Shown here one piece after another: positions 25,261-39,350 of a stretch of 56,017 bases of DNA. The notes under the pieces were generated by a model. That model saw only the letters and a program-made list of their open reading frames with translations. It did no database searches and had not been told where the DNA came from. Origin of the DNA: Octopus bimaculoides (taxonomy: Eukaryota); NCBI RefSeq assembly GCF_001194135.2, contig NC_068987.1, positions 4,276,261 through 4,332,277 on the forward strand, read 5' to 3'. Position 1 is the stretch's first letter, and each line of letters starts with the position of its first letter. The position numbers were made by a program, and so were the translations under genes.

Positions 25261-26600
25261 GATTCATTACATTCTGAGTTCAAATTCTGTTGAGGTCAAT
25301 TTTACCATTCATCCTTTCAGGGTCAATGAAAATAGATACCAGTTGGATATTGGGGTTGACTTTGCCTTTCATCCTTTTAGGTATCATTAAAATAAGTACC
25401 TGTTGCATATTGGGGTCAATGTAATCAACTTATCATTGACTTCTTTTATGCAGAGTTTTTTTCAATGATTCTGCTTCTTTATTCAGAAACACTGTAAGAG
25501 AACTGAAACACCATGTCTTTCTTTAGCCCTAGGATCCATAAGTCCATCTACCTGGTTTCCATGGCATGTAAGCAACTGAGAGCACAACCATCCACCTTGA
25601 TCTGGTTGCCAGTCCGTTACAGGGTTCAAGATCAGGAGTTTCAGATGGGAGGGGATGGGTCGATTACATTGACCCCAGTACTTGAGTGCTATTTTATTTT
25701 ATCAACCCTGAAAGGATGAAAAGCAAGGTTGACCTCAGCATTATTTGAACTCAGAAAAATAAAGAACTGGAAGAAATGTCACTAAGAATGTTGTCCAATA
25801 TACTAACAATTCTGCCATTTCACCACCTTATGGAACCTTGCATTCACAGATTCAAAATCTTTCCCCATGGCTGTAGCAGTCACCAAAATAAAGCTACTTC
25901 GCTTTATCACGGTGTATTGCCTTCAGTATTCTAGCTTTGTACTTTGTATCTCTCAGAATATTCTGTAACCACAATATAACCATTTTACTTCTTATCAGTT
26001 TAACACAACATTAAACATAACCTTTTTCTCTCTAAGAAATCCTCTACATGTTTAAGAAACTTCCTGAAATGGTATTGGTGTCTGATAAATATCTGGAATT
26101 AATGCTTCAAATACAGATTTGCATTCTTCTACACAAATCACTGTTTGAAAACCAAAATGGAATCTCAGCTATGAGAAATCAAAGGTTTGATGGAAGCTTT
26201 TCAAAAGAATGCTGACTACACTAGACTAAAGAATGGCTCCATATTCCTGCAGTTGGGTGATTGTTGATTTCAGTTCTACACTGAGTTTTTGTTTCCAGTT
26301 GCAGAATCAGTGCCATTATTTCCAAAGCAAAAACTATCACTGAACAATGGTACTGCCTACTTAATTTCAAGCTTTTTGATTTTTACAGAGCTTCAGAATT
26401 GTTCCTAGTCATAAGCATGGTTGCATATGTAAGAAGTTCATTTCACAACACCATGGTTTCAGGTTCATTCCCTCTGCATGGCAACATGAACAAGTGTCTT
26501 CTATTACAGGCTTGAACTAGTCAATGACTTGTAGGAGAAATCGGCCGATGGAAGCAATACACAAGCCTATCACATATATACATATACATAAGTATATGTA

Positions 26601-26990
26601 GGCGTGGCTGTGTGGTAAGTAGCTTGCTACCCAACCACATGGTTCCGAGTTCAGTCCCACTGCATGGCACCTTGGGCAAGTGTCTTCTACTATAGCCTCG
26701 GACCAACCAAAGCCTTGTGAGTGAATTTGGTAGACGGAAACTGAAAGAAGCCCATCATATATATGTATATATATGTGTGTGTGTCTGTGTTTGTCCCCCC
26801 AACATCGCTTGACAACCGATGGTGGTGTGTTTACGTCCCCGTAACTTAGTGGTTTGGCAAAAGAGACCGATAGAATATGTACTAGGCTTACAAAGAATAA
26901 GTCCTGGAGTCGATTTGCTTGACTAAAGGCAGTGCTCCAGCATGGCCGCAGTCAAATGACTGAAACAAGTAAAAGTGAGAGTAAAAAGAG
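26601..26990 (+). mobile_element. SINE family A, near full length
   Basis: tRNA-like head ggcgtggctgtgtggtaag...ggttccgagttcagtccc plus body and 3' end. Confidence 0.9.
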
Positions 26991-27364
26991 CATATCTGTA
27001 CTTTTGCTTCAAAATAAAGTGAAATTTTTTGTGCTGAGGAAGAGAAATAAGCTGTTTTACTATTTCAATCTTGAAATTGGACCAACACCCAATTGACTGC
27101 AGTTTTATTTTGTATTTTTCATTTGCTCATCTACAAGCAAAGTCCCAGGGTCGATATGCTCAACTAAAGGCGGTGCTCCAGCATGGCCGCAGTCAAAAGA
27201 TTGAAACAAGTAAAAAAAAAAATGGGAATCTGTATATTTGCAGGAGCTACAGGTGGTTTTATAATGTTTTTTGGGGAATATTCTTACATGTTGCAGAAGG
27301 ATTTTTTCCTGTTCCCTTATATAATTATATGGTTTATATACATTTTCTTTTCTTTTATTCTTTA

Positions 27365-27573
27365 TTTTTTTCTTTTACTTGTTTCAGTCATTTGACTGTG
27401 GCCATGCTGTAGCACCACTTTTAGTTGAGCAAATCGACCCCAGGACTTATTCTTTGTAAGCCTGGTGCTTGTTCTATCAGTCGCTGTTTGCCAAACTGCT
27501 ATGTTACGGGAATGTAAACACACCACCATCGGATGTCAAGTGATGTTGGGGGGGGGGGACAGACACATAAACA

Positions 27574-27621
<48 letters not shown>

Positions 27622-27845
27622 ATGTGTGTGTGTCAGTGTTTGTCCCCCACTACACTGCTTGACAACTGGTGTTGGTGTCTTTTCCCTTCTGTGACTTAGC
27701 AGTTTCACAAAAGAGATCGATGGAGTAAGTACAAGGTCTTAAAGAAAGACTATTGGAGCTGATTTGTCTGACTAAAATATTTCAAAGCAATGTTCCAGCA
27801 TGGCCACGGTCTAACGACTAAAACAAGTCAGAAGATAAAAAGAAA
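27365..27845. mobile_element. Two SINE family A 3' halves in opposite orientation sharing a (CA)n core
   Basis: Minus-strand half at about 27365-27545 and plus-strand half at about 27630-27845. Confidence 0.7.
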
Positions 27846-27864
27846 AAGGATGGTGATAATAAGT

Positions 27865-27905
<41 letters not shown>

Positions 27906-28032
27906 GTATTTAGGGAGATTAGAGATTATGAGGAGAAGAGATAATACATATTGATTAAATGGTATTATCATAAATTAATAATTCTAACAGAATCAGGTCA
28001 ACGAAGATCCTTTCTACATGATAATCACCTAT

Positions 28033-28247
28033 TTAACCTTTTCGATACCAACCTGATTGAAACTGCGTCTGGCTCTTTGTTTTCATAAGTTTTGAATTAA
28101 AATATTCCACCAAACCAAAGTCACAATTTATGTTCCTAACACTAGCTGAATGATAGCTAAGTTGTTTTATTAAATTCTTTGTTATATTTAAAGTAATTGA
28201 AAGAAACACGGAGCATCTCAACAGAAATATGGTAACAAAAGGGTTAA
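28033..28247. mobile_element. piggyBac-type MITE, copy 1
   Basis: TTAA-CC(T)TTTCGATACCA ... TGGTAACAAAAGGG-TTAA termini. Confidence 0.7.
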
Positions 28248-28270
28248 AATATATAATAGAGAAACAATTC

Positions 28271-28500
28271 TTAACCCTTTCAATACCAACCCTGCTGAAA
28301 CCACCTCTGGCTCTGTAGAACAAATGTCTTGTTTTCATAAGTTCTGAATTAAAATCTTCCACCAAACCTTAGTCACAATTTATGTTCCTAACATTAGCTT
28401 AATTATAATGAAGTTATTTTACTAAATTCTTTGTTATATTTAAAATTAATTGAAAGAAACTCAGAGCATCTCAACAGAAATACAGTAACGAAAGGGTTAA
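28271..28500. mobile_element. piggyBac-type MITE, copy 2 (a degraded third copy lies at about 31640-31865)
   Basis: TTAA-CCCTTT ... AAAGGG-TTAA, with the internal sequence colinear with copy 1. Confidence 0.75.
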
Positions 28501-28607
28501 TCCTTTTTTTTTAGATTTGGACTGGAATATGTTATAATATATGATTGCTGTTTTTGTTTATTTATCTTTTTATTTATTTATCTTTTTAAATGTTTTCTCT
28601 TCTGCAG

Positions 28608-28775
28608 CATTTGCCCTTACCTGTCATATGTGTACCACCCTTGGAACATCAGATTGTTTAGATAAGTTCATTGAATCACAGAGTGGTGATTGTGAGGAAG
28701 GAGAAAACAAATGTGTCAAATACAAGACTTATGCTGAAATGCGTGACACTGGATCTATGTGGTCTAAAAACACAG
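28608..28775 (+). CDS. Ly6-B exon 2 (Cys1-5 of the three-finger domain)
   Basis: Acceptor ttttctcttctgcag ends at 28607 and donor AG|GTTAGT starts at 28776. The exon is 168 nt, phase 1-1, and reads AFALTCHMCTTLGTSDCLDKFIESQSGDCEEGENKCVKYKTYAEMRDTGSMWSKNT. Confidence 0.9.
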
Positions 28776-29557
28776 GTTAGTAGTTCATTTTCTCTTTCCC
28801 CCCACCCCCCACTGCCACCACCATCCCCACCCTGTGAAGGCACGTGGCCTAGTGGTTAACCTTTAGCATGCTGTAGATGCATCATGTCACTGTGAGAGTT
28901 CTCTCCCCTACAGCATCAGGAGTCATTGTGTCACATTGAGTGCATTTTCTTTTTTGAGCAAAACACTTCATTTTAAATTATTCCAATTCACTCAGTTGTA
29001 AACAATTTACGAGCAACACCTGTATTAGTGACAGGTGCAAAACATCTGTGATTCTTACTCATCTCATCAGATAAAATGAGAACCCAAATCATTGAACCTG
29101 ATACTCTAAATTATGAATGAATGTCACCAAATCCTGATTGCTTGTTATATGGAAATCTAACAGAACAGCTTCACAGGATCCCTTTACTCCCTGGTGGACG
29201 CATTGACCATTCCTGGTCTGTCATCTTCAAGTCAGATGATTACAATAACTGATGTCTGTCAAAGAATTCTGAAAAAATTGCAACTTTAGGTGCAGGCATG
29301 GTTCTGTGGTAAGAAGTTAGCTTCCCAACCACAAGGTTCCAAGTTCAGTCCTACTGTGTGGACCTTGGGCAAGTGTTTTCAGCTATAGTCTTGGGCCAAC
29401 TAATGGTAACCATTTAGAGCCTGTTAAATAAAATTAAAACTGTTCTTATAAAAAAATAAACTCTTCCTATGTATGGTGAGTTTTGAATCCCCCTGTACAT
29501 ACATATATACATACATACATATTATATATACATTCATTTTCGTTTTTATATTTACAG

Positions 29558-29751
29558 TGGTATCCGCTGTAACCCGAGGATGTTTACAAACTGATGAAAA
29601 GGATTCATGCACCAGAACCATCATACATGGTGGTTACCATGACCGCTGTATTTGCAGCGGTGATGACTGCAATGCTGCCTCTGCCAAATCTACCAATTTC
29701 TTTCTCCTCTTTATCTCCACTGTGACTTTATTGCTACAGTTTCTCATCTGA
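29558..29751 (+). CDS. Ly6-B exon 3 (Cys6-10 plus GPI signal); full protein 136 aa
   Basis: Acceptor tttacag ends at 29557. Reads [64 protein letters not shown]. Joined CDS is 49+168+194=411 nt, in frame, with 10 Cys. AATAAA at 30207-30212. Confidence 0.9.
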
Positions 29752-29971
29752 AATGTTTTAATTCCTTTGTAGAGTTTTAAAACCATTTGTAGAGGTTTTT
29801 CTTCTTTTTTTTTTTCAAATTGCTTTGCTAGTTTTGTTATTGTCCAGTAATCTAAATCTCTTGGAATGGAAAACAGAAGAGTTTGCGGATAAAAGAAATT
29901 CCATGTATCTGTCTGAGTTATGAAGATCACTATTTCAATATTGTTTGAAAAAATTTTTTTTTTTTTATGTG

Positions 29972-30005
<34 letters not shown>

Positions 30006-30040
30006 ATGTGTGTGTATATATAATATATATATATATATAA

Positions 30041-30092
<52 letters not shown>

Positions 30093-30257
30093 ATGTATGT
30101 ATATATATATATAGATATAGATATATACACACATATACACATACATATATTTCAGAGAATTCTTGATACAGTTACAATAATTGAAGAAAGATCTTTTTAT
30201 ATATTTAATAAATTTTTAATTTAAGAAATTCTTTCTTCAAACATGTGTGTATGTATA

Positions 30258-30324
<67 letters not shown>

Positions 30325-32199
30325 ATTTACACCTTGTATTGTTTCGTCGGTAGGTCTTTTAGTTCTTTCATAAGATATAAAATTTTATTCAGGTTAACTG
30401 GTGCTAATTACAGATTTGTTATTTTTCAGAAAGCAAAGCACTTTTTTATTGTTATATCGTCTACAGAAAGGTTATAGACACACACACACTTCTCTTTCTC
30501 TAGTGAACTTTTATTACAAGGGAGATAATCATTTCTTTATAATATTTTGTGGGATATATATGTTATGTTCATATATATGTATGTACACATGTATATATGT
30601 ATGTGTGTATATATATATGTGTGTATGTATGTATATATATATGTATGTATAGAGAGAGAGAGTGTGAGTGAATGTATGAGTGAGATAGGCTTGAGAAATG
30701 TTCTTTGACTAAAAACTTTGGTAAATTTAGCATCGTACTTCAATACTAATTATTTTTCTCGTTAAAGTAAATAAGGTACCTTGTTTTTGTTTTGTTTCAT
30801 TTTTGTCCTGGAAAGAAATTTTAGTGAATATTTTTTTACATTTTAGTTACAAAAATATCGTTGGTCTCAGCTGAATATTGTCCTTAACCAATTTCAGTTA
30901 CTAGAGCTAAATTACAGCAACATTCGTACTAAACCAGGACTGCCATGTTATGTTGGCAAACAATCTTTATTACAAAGTACTGTTGCTGAATATCTCTCGT
31001 TGTGAGTTTTAAAAATAGTAATTTTCTAATTAATAAGAGTTGTTTAATTCGAGCCATCCAGGATGAAAGAAAATAACTGAAGTAATGAACTTAATCCATT
31101 GCCTGGTTAATCAGCATCCTCTTACTGATGAGTATCTTTAGTGGAGAGCATTCTTTGCTTTCAGGCCATCCTTCTGATCTGAGAATAACTATGCCAACCA
31201 CGACCACCACCACTAATATTGGTGTCAAATCCACAGATACTCTGATTGTTATATATTCTCTGCCATCACAAGTCTTTAATCTTTGCTAATTACTTCAATT
31301 TAATTTAGACTTCATTTTACATAACCATTCTTTATCTGCTTCCTGGCTGTAAATGCCAAATCCAATCCAATCTCTATAATTGTCCAAAAATTTCTATTAA
31401 TAGAGCTTATTGGAGTTATATCTCTTGGTTGTTGCTTTTTAAAAATATTTTTAGCATTATTAGGAGTTTTTACTTACTAATTGAATGGCTAATTTCAGTT
31501 GATCAGTTTCTCAACTCACTAGACACATGCATACCTGAGATTCAGTCAAAAGGTGTTAATTCCAACGAGATGAGTTGTTAAAGCCACTATTACCAATCGT
31601 TTTGCTTCTTTGTGCCAGTGTTCGTATCCAGTGACCGTCGCTGAACCCTTTTGGTGCCAACCTGTCTGACACATTCCCTCGTCTTATGATACAAACCACT
31701 TCTTTTAAAGTGATCTAAATTTAAACCTTACATCATTAATCTCATGTTAATTTATGTTAATTTATGCTCCAAATACCAACTTAATAATGTAATTGTTTTT
31801 CAAATTAATTGAATAAAAAAAGGCAGCATATTTCAACAGAAATATGTAACAAAAATGGTTAAGTGAGGAGTATTGAATGTTCCAAGTATCATATTTCTAT
31901 ATTGCAATGATAATATATGCGTGTGCTCTTTCATAATTCTGTCTGCTAGTACCATTCGTTTCTGTGTGCCATATTTGGGAATCTTTCAAAAAGTGAAGCA
32001 TTTACATTTAGTATAAACCCACTCATTGTAAAGTTTAGGGAGTAAATGTAGGGACCAAATATAGAGCTTGACTCTTTAAGACTGTGCTTGTTGTCAGTCT
32101 CTTTGGTCAAGCAACATTAGTGGCCAGGATCTCTTGGACGATGTCAATGGTTCCCAAACTTTGTCACAATTCATTTTGGTAAATTCATTATCCACCCAC

Positions 32200-32760
32200 A
32201 TTTTTTTCCCAATTTAAATTTTAAAAAAAACCAGTTTGATGAACTTCGCAGTCAATACTTGTTTTGAGAAGGAACTATTCCTATTCTTATTTGGGGTTGA
32301 ATTGTAGCCCTTATGCTTCCTGTAGTCTGTTGTACATCTCTCCCTCTTTATCATGATGAAGTTGATTGTAAAAGAATACAGTGATAAATGAATCGTCTCC
32401 ATGCACTTTGCAAATGAAACAAATAGATTTGTTGACACCAGACTTGTAATTCACAACAACAGAACTTTCACCATTAAGTACCTCTCTGATCTTTTGCTGA
32501 AAGGAAGACACTCATCTGCTTTCTTTGATCAGACCCCGTTGTGTATTTTTGTTTCTTTTCGCTGGTCCCATGTTAATGGGTATGAGTATGTAAATCTATG
32601 TAAGAAATATGCAGCCTTGCAACACAGCCATGTAAAAAGAAGCAATAGCCAGTGCATTCTGGGTAGCTGAACGTCGTGGGTAGTTACTGGGCTGTATTTT
32701 TGCAGTACAAACAGAATCTTTGACTGGTCATCGACTGGTGCTGTCACAGGTCAATTTGTG
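32200..32760 (-). mobile_element. Possible highly degraded LINE reverse-transcriptase fragment
   Basis: Several overlapping short ORFs with coding-like composition and weak resemblance to RT motifs (K..YSP.., HNG..., ICF). No intact motif. Confidence 0.25.
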
Positions 32761-34799
32761 ATGAGTGTAACTTGATTCACACTTGAGTGTATCATGTTAT
32801 CCCAGATCAGTGATAATTGAGGCTACATGTACAATCTATTAATAAAGTTTTATGTTCTCTCAAATATTTCAAATGTAGAAGATTTTTGTCTTTGTGATCC
32901 TGTCAGAATTTCCCTGCAACACATCAGTTGGCAACTGCTGGATTCTGATAATGCCACAGAGAGGAGTGACTTGTTGAATCAGCAATATTAATTGCTGATA
33001 AAGTAATGAGCTGGCAGAATTGTTAGTACACCAGTCAGAATGCTTCGCAGCATTTCATCTGTCCTTATGTTCTGAGTTCAAATTCTGCCAAGGTCAAACC
33101 AGCTCCTACCCACAAAATTACTGACCTTGTGCCAAGATTTGAAACCAATGTTGTAGCTGATAATCCATGTTACAATGGCCGGGTATACATTCCAGGGAGA
33201 TTTCAATGGTGCAAATCACTGATCTTCCAAGACTGAAAGTTATCTAAGACATCCTCCCTCTTGTCCCTTGTCTCTCATCCTTTCTTATCCCTCAATCTCT
33301 ATACCCCAACTAGATGAGGGGTTCTTGTCTTGTGGGCACTGGTGCCTCACAAAAAGCACCCTCTTAAGTGGTTGGCATATTAGGAAAGGCATCCAGCTGT
33401 AGAAACCGTACTAAAGCAGACATTGGAGCTTGGTACATCCTTGTTGCTTGTCAGTTCGTGCTGAACCATCCAACCCATGCCAGCATAGAAAAGCGGACAC
33501 TGGATGATGATGATCCCAAATATTGGCAGCGCAGAAGCTGCAGTCTAACACAACTGATTCTTATTACCACCCCCACCACTTCCCTGATTGTGATGAGTAT
33601 CCGTCTGCACCAGTTGTTTCGGTGTCTTGCAGNNNNNNNNNNNNNNNNNNNNNNNNNNNNNNNNNNNNNNNNNNNNNNNNNNNNNNNNNNNNNNNNNNNN
33701 NNNNNNNNNNNNNNNNNNNNNNNNNNNNNNNNNNNNNNNNNNNNNNNNNNNNNNNNNNNNNNNNNNNNNNNNNNNNNNNNNNNNNNNNNNNNNNNNNNNN
33801 NNNNNNNNNNNNNNNNNNNNNNNNNNNNNNNNNNNNNNNNNNNNNNNNNNNNNNNNNNNNNNNNNNNNNNNNNNNNNNNNNNNNNNNNNNNNNNNNNNNN
33901 NNNNNNNNNNNNNNNNNNNNNNNNNNNNNNNNNNNNNNNNNNNNNNNNNNNNNNNNNNNNNNNNNNNNNNNNNNNNNNNNNNNNNNNTGCTATTTTACCA
34001 CATTTTATTTTTACAAATGTTTCCAGTTACTTTATTACCAAAATGGAAAATTTCATTAAATAATATATCCTAATGAAAAAATAAAAATGATTTAAAAAAA
34101 AAAAGAAAGATGAATTTATTTTAGATTTTTATACAATATTAAACTAACAATGAAATACTAATTTGTGTATTAGTATGAATTTTTGTAATAAAGATATATA
34201 AATATTATCATGGTTTTGACTTATTATTTGTGAGTTTAGTACTGGCAAATCCTCATTAAGAATTTTCATGTATACAGTGATACCTCACAGTATGAGTCTA
34301 ATTCATTCCATGACCAAGCTAGTTTTATGATTTACTCATTTTAAAAATCAATTTTCCCCATTGAAATTAACTAAAATATAATTAAATCATTCCAGCCCCC
34401 AAAAGACCACAAAAAATAATTTTTTATGGGTTTTAAAACAGAAAAGGTGTAGTTAAAAGTAAAACGACAATTATAAAAAAGATAATTCATAAGAAATATG
34501 GAAACTGGTTTTATTAACTGAATTACTTTAAAGATGGGATGATCTGTGTGCTTGTACTGCGGATTTCTGATTGTACTTCAAGACAAAAATTCGCATGAGT
34601 CTCGGCTCATACAATGGGACAGTCGTACTGCGAGGTTCGACTGTATATATATATATATATATATTTGATTTTCAACTAGAAATGAAATTCCCTTAGATCG
34701 TCAATGTCTTCAAAAACACTTGGTTACTACACATAGACACTACCAGAGATGGAATTGCCGTGAGTGCTGGCACCAAACTTGCCCTCTGGTCAATCCTCA

Positions 34800-35250
34800 T
34801 TAATAGGTTTCAAGTATGATCATTCCGATCACAGAGCGTCAATAGTGTCACAGGTATGATGGAAGATAAAAGGAATGTACATATGATTGGAGTGTTGCAA
34901 AGCTAAAGGCTGCCTATGTATTTCTTGAATATGGCTTCAAGATACTTCCTCCACTTGCCTTAGTAACATTCCACTAAGTTGCAGAATACATTTCGAAGAC
35001 TTCTCTGCATTAAGAAGTTGCAGCTCTGGTACTATGGTCACGTGATGACAATGTTGCAAGAAATCAAGGAGTTGACCAAGAACAAGACAGTTGGATAATA
35101 TCCATTGTCTTGGTCAGGCTTGGGAATCCAGCTGCAAAAAGTAATGAAGAATGATTCTGATAGGACCGTGTGTGGAGGAGATTCCTGAGGTCTGTACCTC
35201 CTACCAGAAATATTTTTGATACTTTTCTCACTGGATTGTGTGTTCTTTTC
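34800..35250 (+). mobile_element. Degenerate RTE-like LINE remnant
   Basis: KKLQLWYYGHVMTM resembles 'RLRW.GHV.RM'. Confidence 0.45.
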
Positions 35251-35559
35251 TCTTTTCTTTTCCATCTGAGATTTTATTTTTGATCTTCTATATAGATGAA
35301 GATATTTCCTCTGTCTGGCTGCTTTTCTTTCTACAAAACGGGAAATTACAATGTGGAACAGTTATTTTAATGAGTTGTATTTATTTATCACCCAATGAGA
35401 TACATCATCTGCACCACTGGATGCTCCTGAACCAGTTGTTGAGTGTCCCACCCATGAGGAATCGATGCTAGATGTGTCGAAACAATTGTCATAACTAATA
35501 ATAATTTCTCATATGTTCCATCTTCCATCTTTCATTTGTCATATATGTGTGTATACATA

Positions 35560-35940
35560 TATGTATATATGTATGTATGTATTTGTGTGTCTTGGTGTTT
35601 GTTCCCTACCACCTCTTGCAAACCGGTGTCAGCTAGTTCACATCCCTCTAGCCTAGCAGTTCATCAAAAATGACTGATAAAATAAATAACAGACTTGATA
35701 TAATACTGGAGTCGATTTGTTAAATTAACCTTTCAAGGCGGTGCCCCAGCATGGCCACAGTCCAATGACTGAAACAAGTAAAAGATGAAAATTGCAGCTA
35801 ACTACTCCAAGGCTGTGGAGTGGTTCCGGGTTCAGTCCCACTGCGTGGCACCTAGGGCAAGTGTCTTCTCCTATAGCCTCGGACCGACCAAAGCCTTGTG
35901 AGTGGATTTGGTAGATGGAAAGAAATCCTTTGTATATTTA

Positions 35941-36006
<66 letters not shown>

Positions 36007-36410
36007 ATAGAGTTATTAATATTTCTAAGTCTCTCTAAAGGAGACTACGGCAGCGGTACTGGAAATTAATAGTTATCGCCAAGCCAACACGGCAGTCCCA
36101 AAATTAGGACGAAAGCTGCCGTGAATTAGCTCCAAGAAGCCATCGCCTCTAGCTAGCTATGTGACACACGAAACCTGTGTCCTTTATAACCTTCGAACAG
36201 GGGAGGTCAGCAGTGTCTGTATATGTAGATGTTTGTATTTGCCCCCCCCCCCACCATCACTTGACAAACAATGTTGGTCTGTTTATGTAACTTAGCAGTT
36301 CGGCAACAGAGACTGATAGAATAAGTCCTGGGGTCTATTTGTTTGACTAAAGGCGGTGCTCCAGCATGGCCACAGTCAAATGACTGAAACAAGTAAAAGA
36401 ATAAAAGAAT
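35560..36410 (+). mobile_element. Cluster of SINE family A fragments
   Basis: 3' half at 35560-35790, head at 35820-35940, and 3' half at 36230-36410. Confidence 0.7.
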
Positions 36411-36799
36411 GCATCAATGTACAGACTGTGACTAATGAGTGAAATATGGAGAATGGCTGCCAGCATTGTTAAGTTGTTGCGAGGAATTGTGAGAAAGTGT
36501 AAAAGCCATGACAGAAATGGAAATTTTCATTCTATAAACTGACCACAAAGGAACAATTGTGAATGGAAATATTACAGAAAAGCGAACTAAATTGCTATAC
36601 AATACAAAGAAAACTATTTCTACAGTACATAAATATGCGAAAAATTCAGTGTTTCATGTCTGCAATGTGTGTGTGTGGCCATTTTTAATAGCTCAGCATC
36701 TATGAATAGATTGAAGACCGGGAAAGAGGCAGGAACCTAGCAATGATGCTGCTGTGAAGCTGAATAAAATTACAGACCAGAGACAGGAGAACAATTATA

Positions 36800-37700
36800 A
36801 TGTGGCTGTGTGGTAAGTAGCTTGCTTACCAACCTCATGGTTCCAGGTTCAGTCCTACTGTGTGGCACCCTGGGCAAAAGAGACCGATAGAATAAGTACT
36901 AGGCTTACGAAGAATAAGTCCTGGGGGTTGATTTGTTTGACTAAAGGCGGTGCTCCAGCATGGCCACAGTCAAATGACTGAAACAAATAAAAGAAAGAAA
37001 GAAAGAAAAAATAAAAGCATCACCAAATATACCTTTATTTAGTTTCACTTATTTGACAGCAGCCATGCTGGAGCAACAGCCTTGAAGGGTTGCTCCTTGA
37101 AGGGTTGCCCTTCAAGTAAAATGACTTAACCTCTTTTGCTGAACTGCTAAGAGGAAACAAACAAACCAACACTGGTCATCAAGTGTGGTGGTGGGGAGCA
37201 AACACAAACACTGGTACTCCATTAGTTACAGTGACGAGTATCCCAATTGATCCGCTCAATGGAACAGCCTCCTCGTAAAATTAACATGCAAGTGGCTGAG
37301 TACTCCACAGACACACGTATACCCTTAACGTAGTTCTGAGGGAAATTCAGTGACGAGGCTGGTCCTTTTGGATTAGAGGTACAATTCATTTTTGCCAGCT
37401 GAGTGGACTGGAGTAATGTGAAATAAAGTGTCTTGCTCAAGGACACAATGTGCCACCAGGTATTGAACTCACAGTCTAATGATCATGAGTTGAATACCAG
37501 TAACCACTTAGCCACATGTTAACACACACACACATATATACGATGGACTTCTTTCAGTTTCCATCTGCCAATTCCACTCACAAGGCTTTGGTCGGCCCGA
37601 AGCTATAATAGAAGACACTTGCCCAAGGTGCCAAGCAGTGGGACTGAACCCAGAACCATGTGGTTGGTAAGCAAGATACTTACCACACAGCCACTCCTAC
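36800..37700. mobile_element. SINE cluster (family A + at 36800-37010; family A - at 37020-37210 and 37540-37700; another SINE - at about 37300-37520)
   Basis: Shared SINE blocks in both orientations. Confidence 0.7.
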
Positions 37701-39109
37701 GCCTATTTATATGATTTTTTTTCATTTCATGTTTATTTCATTCAATGTTTGCAATGTTCTTTCTCCCCCCCCCTCTCTCTCTCACACACACTGTCTCTGT
37801 AATATAAACACACACACACTCCAGTTATGATTTCGTTATTACACAAATATTGCATTAGAATTTTGCAATTCAACAAAGGGCATTCAAAAAAATATGCAAC
37901 TGAAAAAGCTTTTTTGCACACTAAACGTACTTGCACTACCTTGATGTTTATTCAACAAGAGAGATTATGATTATGATGAAATAATGAAAGTAATATTTAC
38001 TAAGCAAGCAAACACTATTATACAAAAAAATAATTAGACGTAAAACATAAAAATTATTAGTATTGGAAATCAAATATGAAAATATTATCAAGGGGTTAGC
38101 AGAAGCCTAGAGGGCAATCTTTCTCCTAGTATATGTAATGATTAAATTCTATATCATGTTCTTTGTGTTCTGTTATGCACATGATTCCTTGGTTTGCAGA
38201 AAAATTTGTCTTTCATGAAACCATTCCATGGTGCAAAAAATGTTGGGGTCTGCTGCCCCAGAGAACATTAATTATAAAGGAGATAATTATATTTTCATAA
38301 TATTTGGCAGGATTAGAAGCTTGAATTAGAAATTAAGGAATAAAGAAAAAGATTCATAGAATACACAGCTTTAAATTTTTTTCTTTTTCTTTTGTTGTTA
38401 TTTACTTATTACAAAGTTCTTAAAATTTCTGGTCAGCTGTAAACCAGCTCCTGAGTTCAATGGACATAATACTCACAACTCTACTAAATTTAGAGAAATT
38501 TCAAAACAAAAATATATTGAGAAAATATAAGGGTTTTTTTTTTTATTTTTGAAAAGAGAAAGAATAAAAGTATAGTATGTCAAATATATTATCATACAAA
38601 ATTTCTTTTTACAAATTAGAAAATGACAGAAATTCAATAATGAAATTACATTTCTTCCTTTTTTTTTTCTTTTTTTGCTTTAAAAAATTTCCTAAAATGT
38701 TTAAACATAGTATATATTACATGTATACATAAGACAGACACATTTTACATGACAACGATAAATTAGACATTTTAAACACGCATAATAGCTATATATATAT
38801 TTATATATATGGTGTGTGTGATGTATNNNNNNNNNNNNNNNNNNNNNNNNNNNNNNNNNNNNNNNNNNNNNNNNNNNNNNNNNNNNNNNNNNNNNNNNNN
38901 NNNNNNNNNNNNNNNNNNNNNNNNNNNNNNNNNNNNNNNNNNNNNNNNNNNNNNNNNNNNNNNNNNNNNNNNNNNNNNNNNNNNNNNNNNNNNNNNNNNN
39001 NNNNNNNNNNNNNNNNNNNNNNNNNNNNNNNNNNNNNNNNNNNNNNNNNNNNNNNNNNNNNNNNNNNNNNNNNNNNNNNNNNNNNNNNNNNNNNNNNNNN
39101 NNNNNNNNC

Positions 39110-39350
39110 TTGTGCGGGTGGCACATAAAAGACACCATTTCGAGCGTGGCCGTTTTCGTGCGGGTGACACGTAAAAGCACCCACTACACTCTCTGAGTGG
39201 TTGGCGTTAGGAAGGGCATCCAGCTGTAGAAACTCTGCCAAATCAGACTGGAGCCTGGTGTTGCCATCCGGTTTCACCAGTCCTCAGTCAAATCGTCCAA
39301 CCCATGCTAGCATGGAAAGCGGACGTTAAACGATGATGATGATGATGATG
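39110..39350 (+). mobile_element. LINE 3' UTR-derived repeat with (GAT)n tail (RTE-type); related copies at about 33340-33515 (+) and 41160-41335 (-)
   Basis: Shared block ggttggcgttaggaagggcatccagctgtagaaac...aacccatgctagcatggaaagcggacgttaaacgatgatgat occurs in three places. Confidence 0.65.

Noticed and set aside
36088-36123. GTCC(CAAAATTA)GGAC-GAAA, resembling a hammerhead stem II
   Set aside because: There is no CTGANGA upstream. It is simply the inside of a hairpin CACGGCAG/CTGCCGTG in a repeat.
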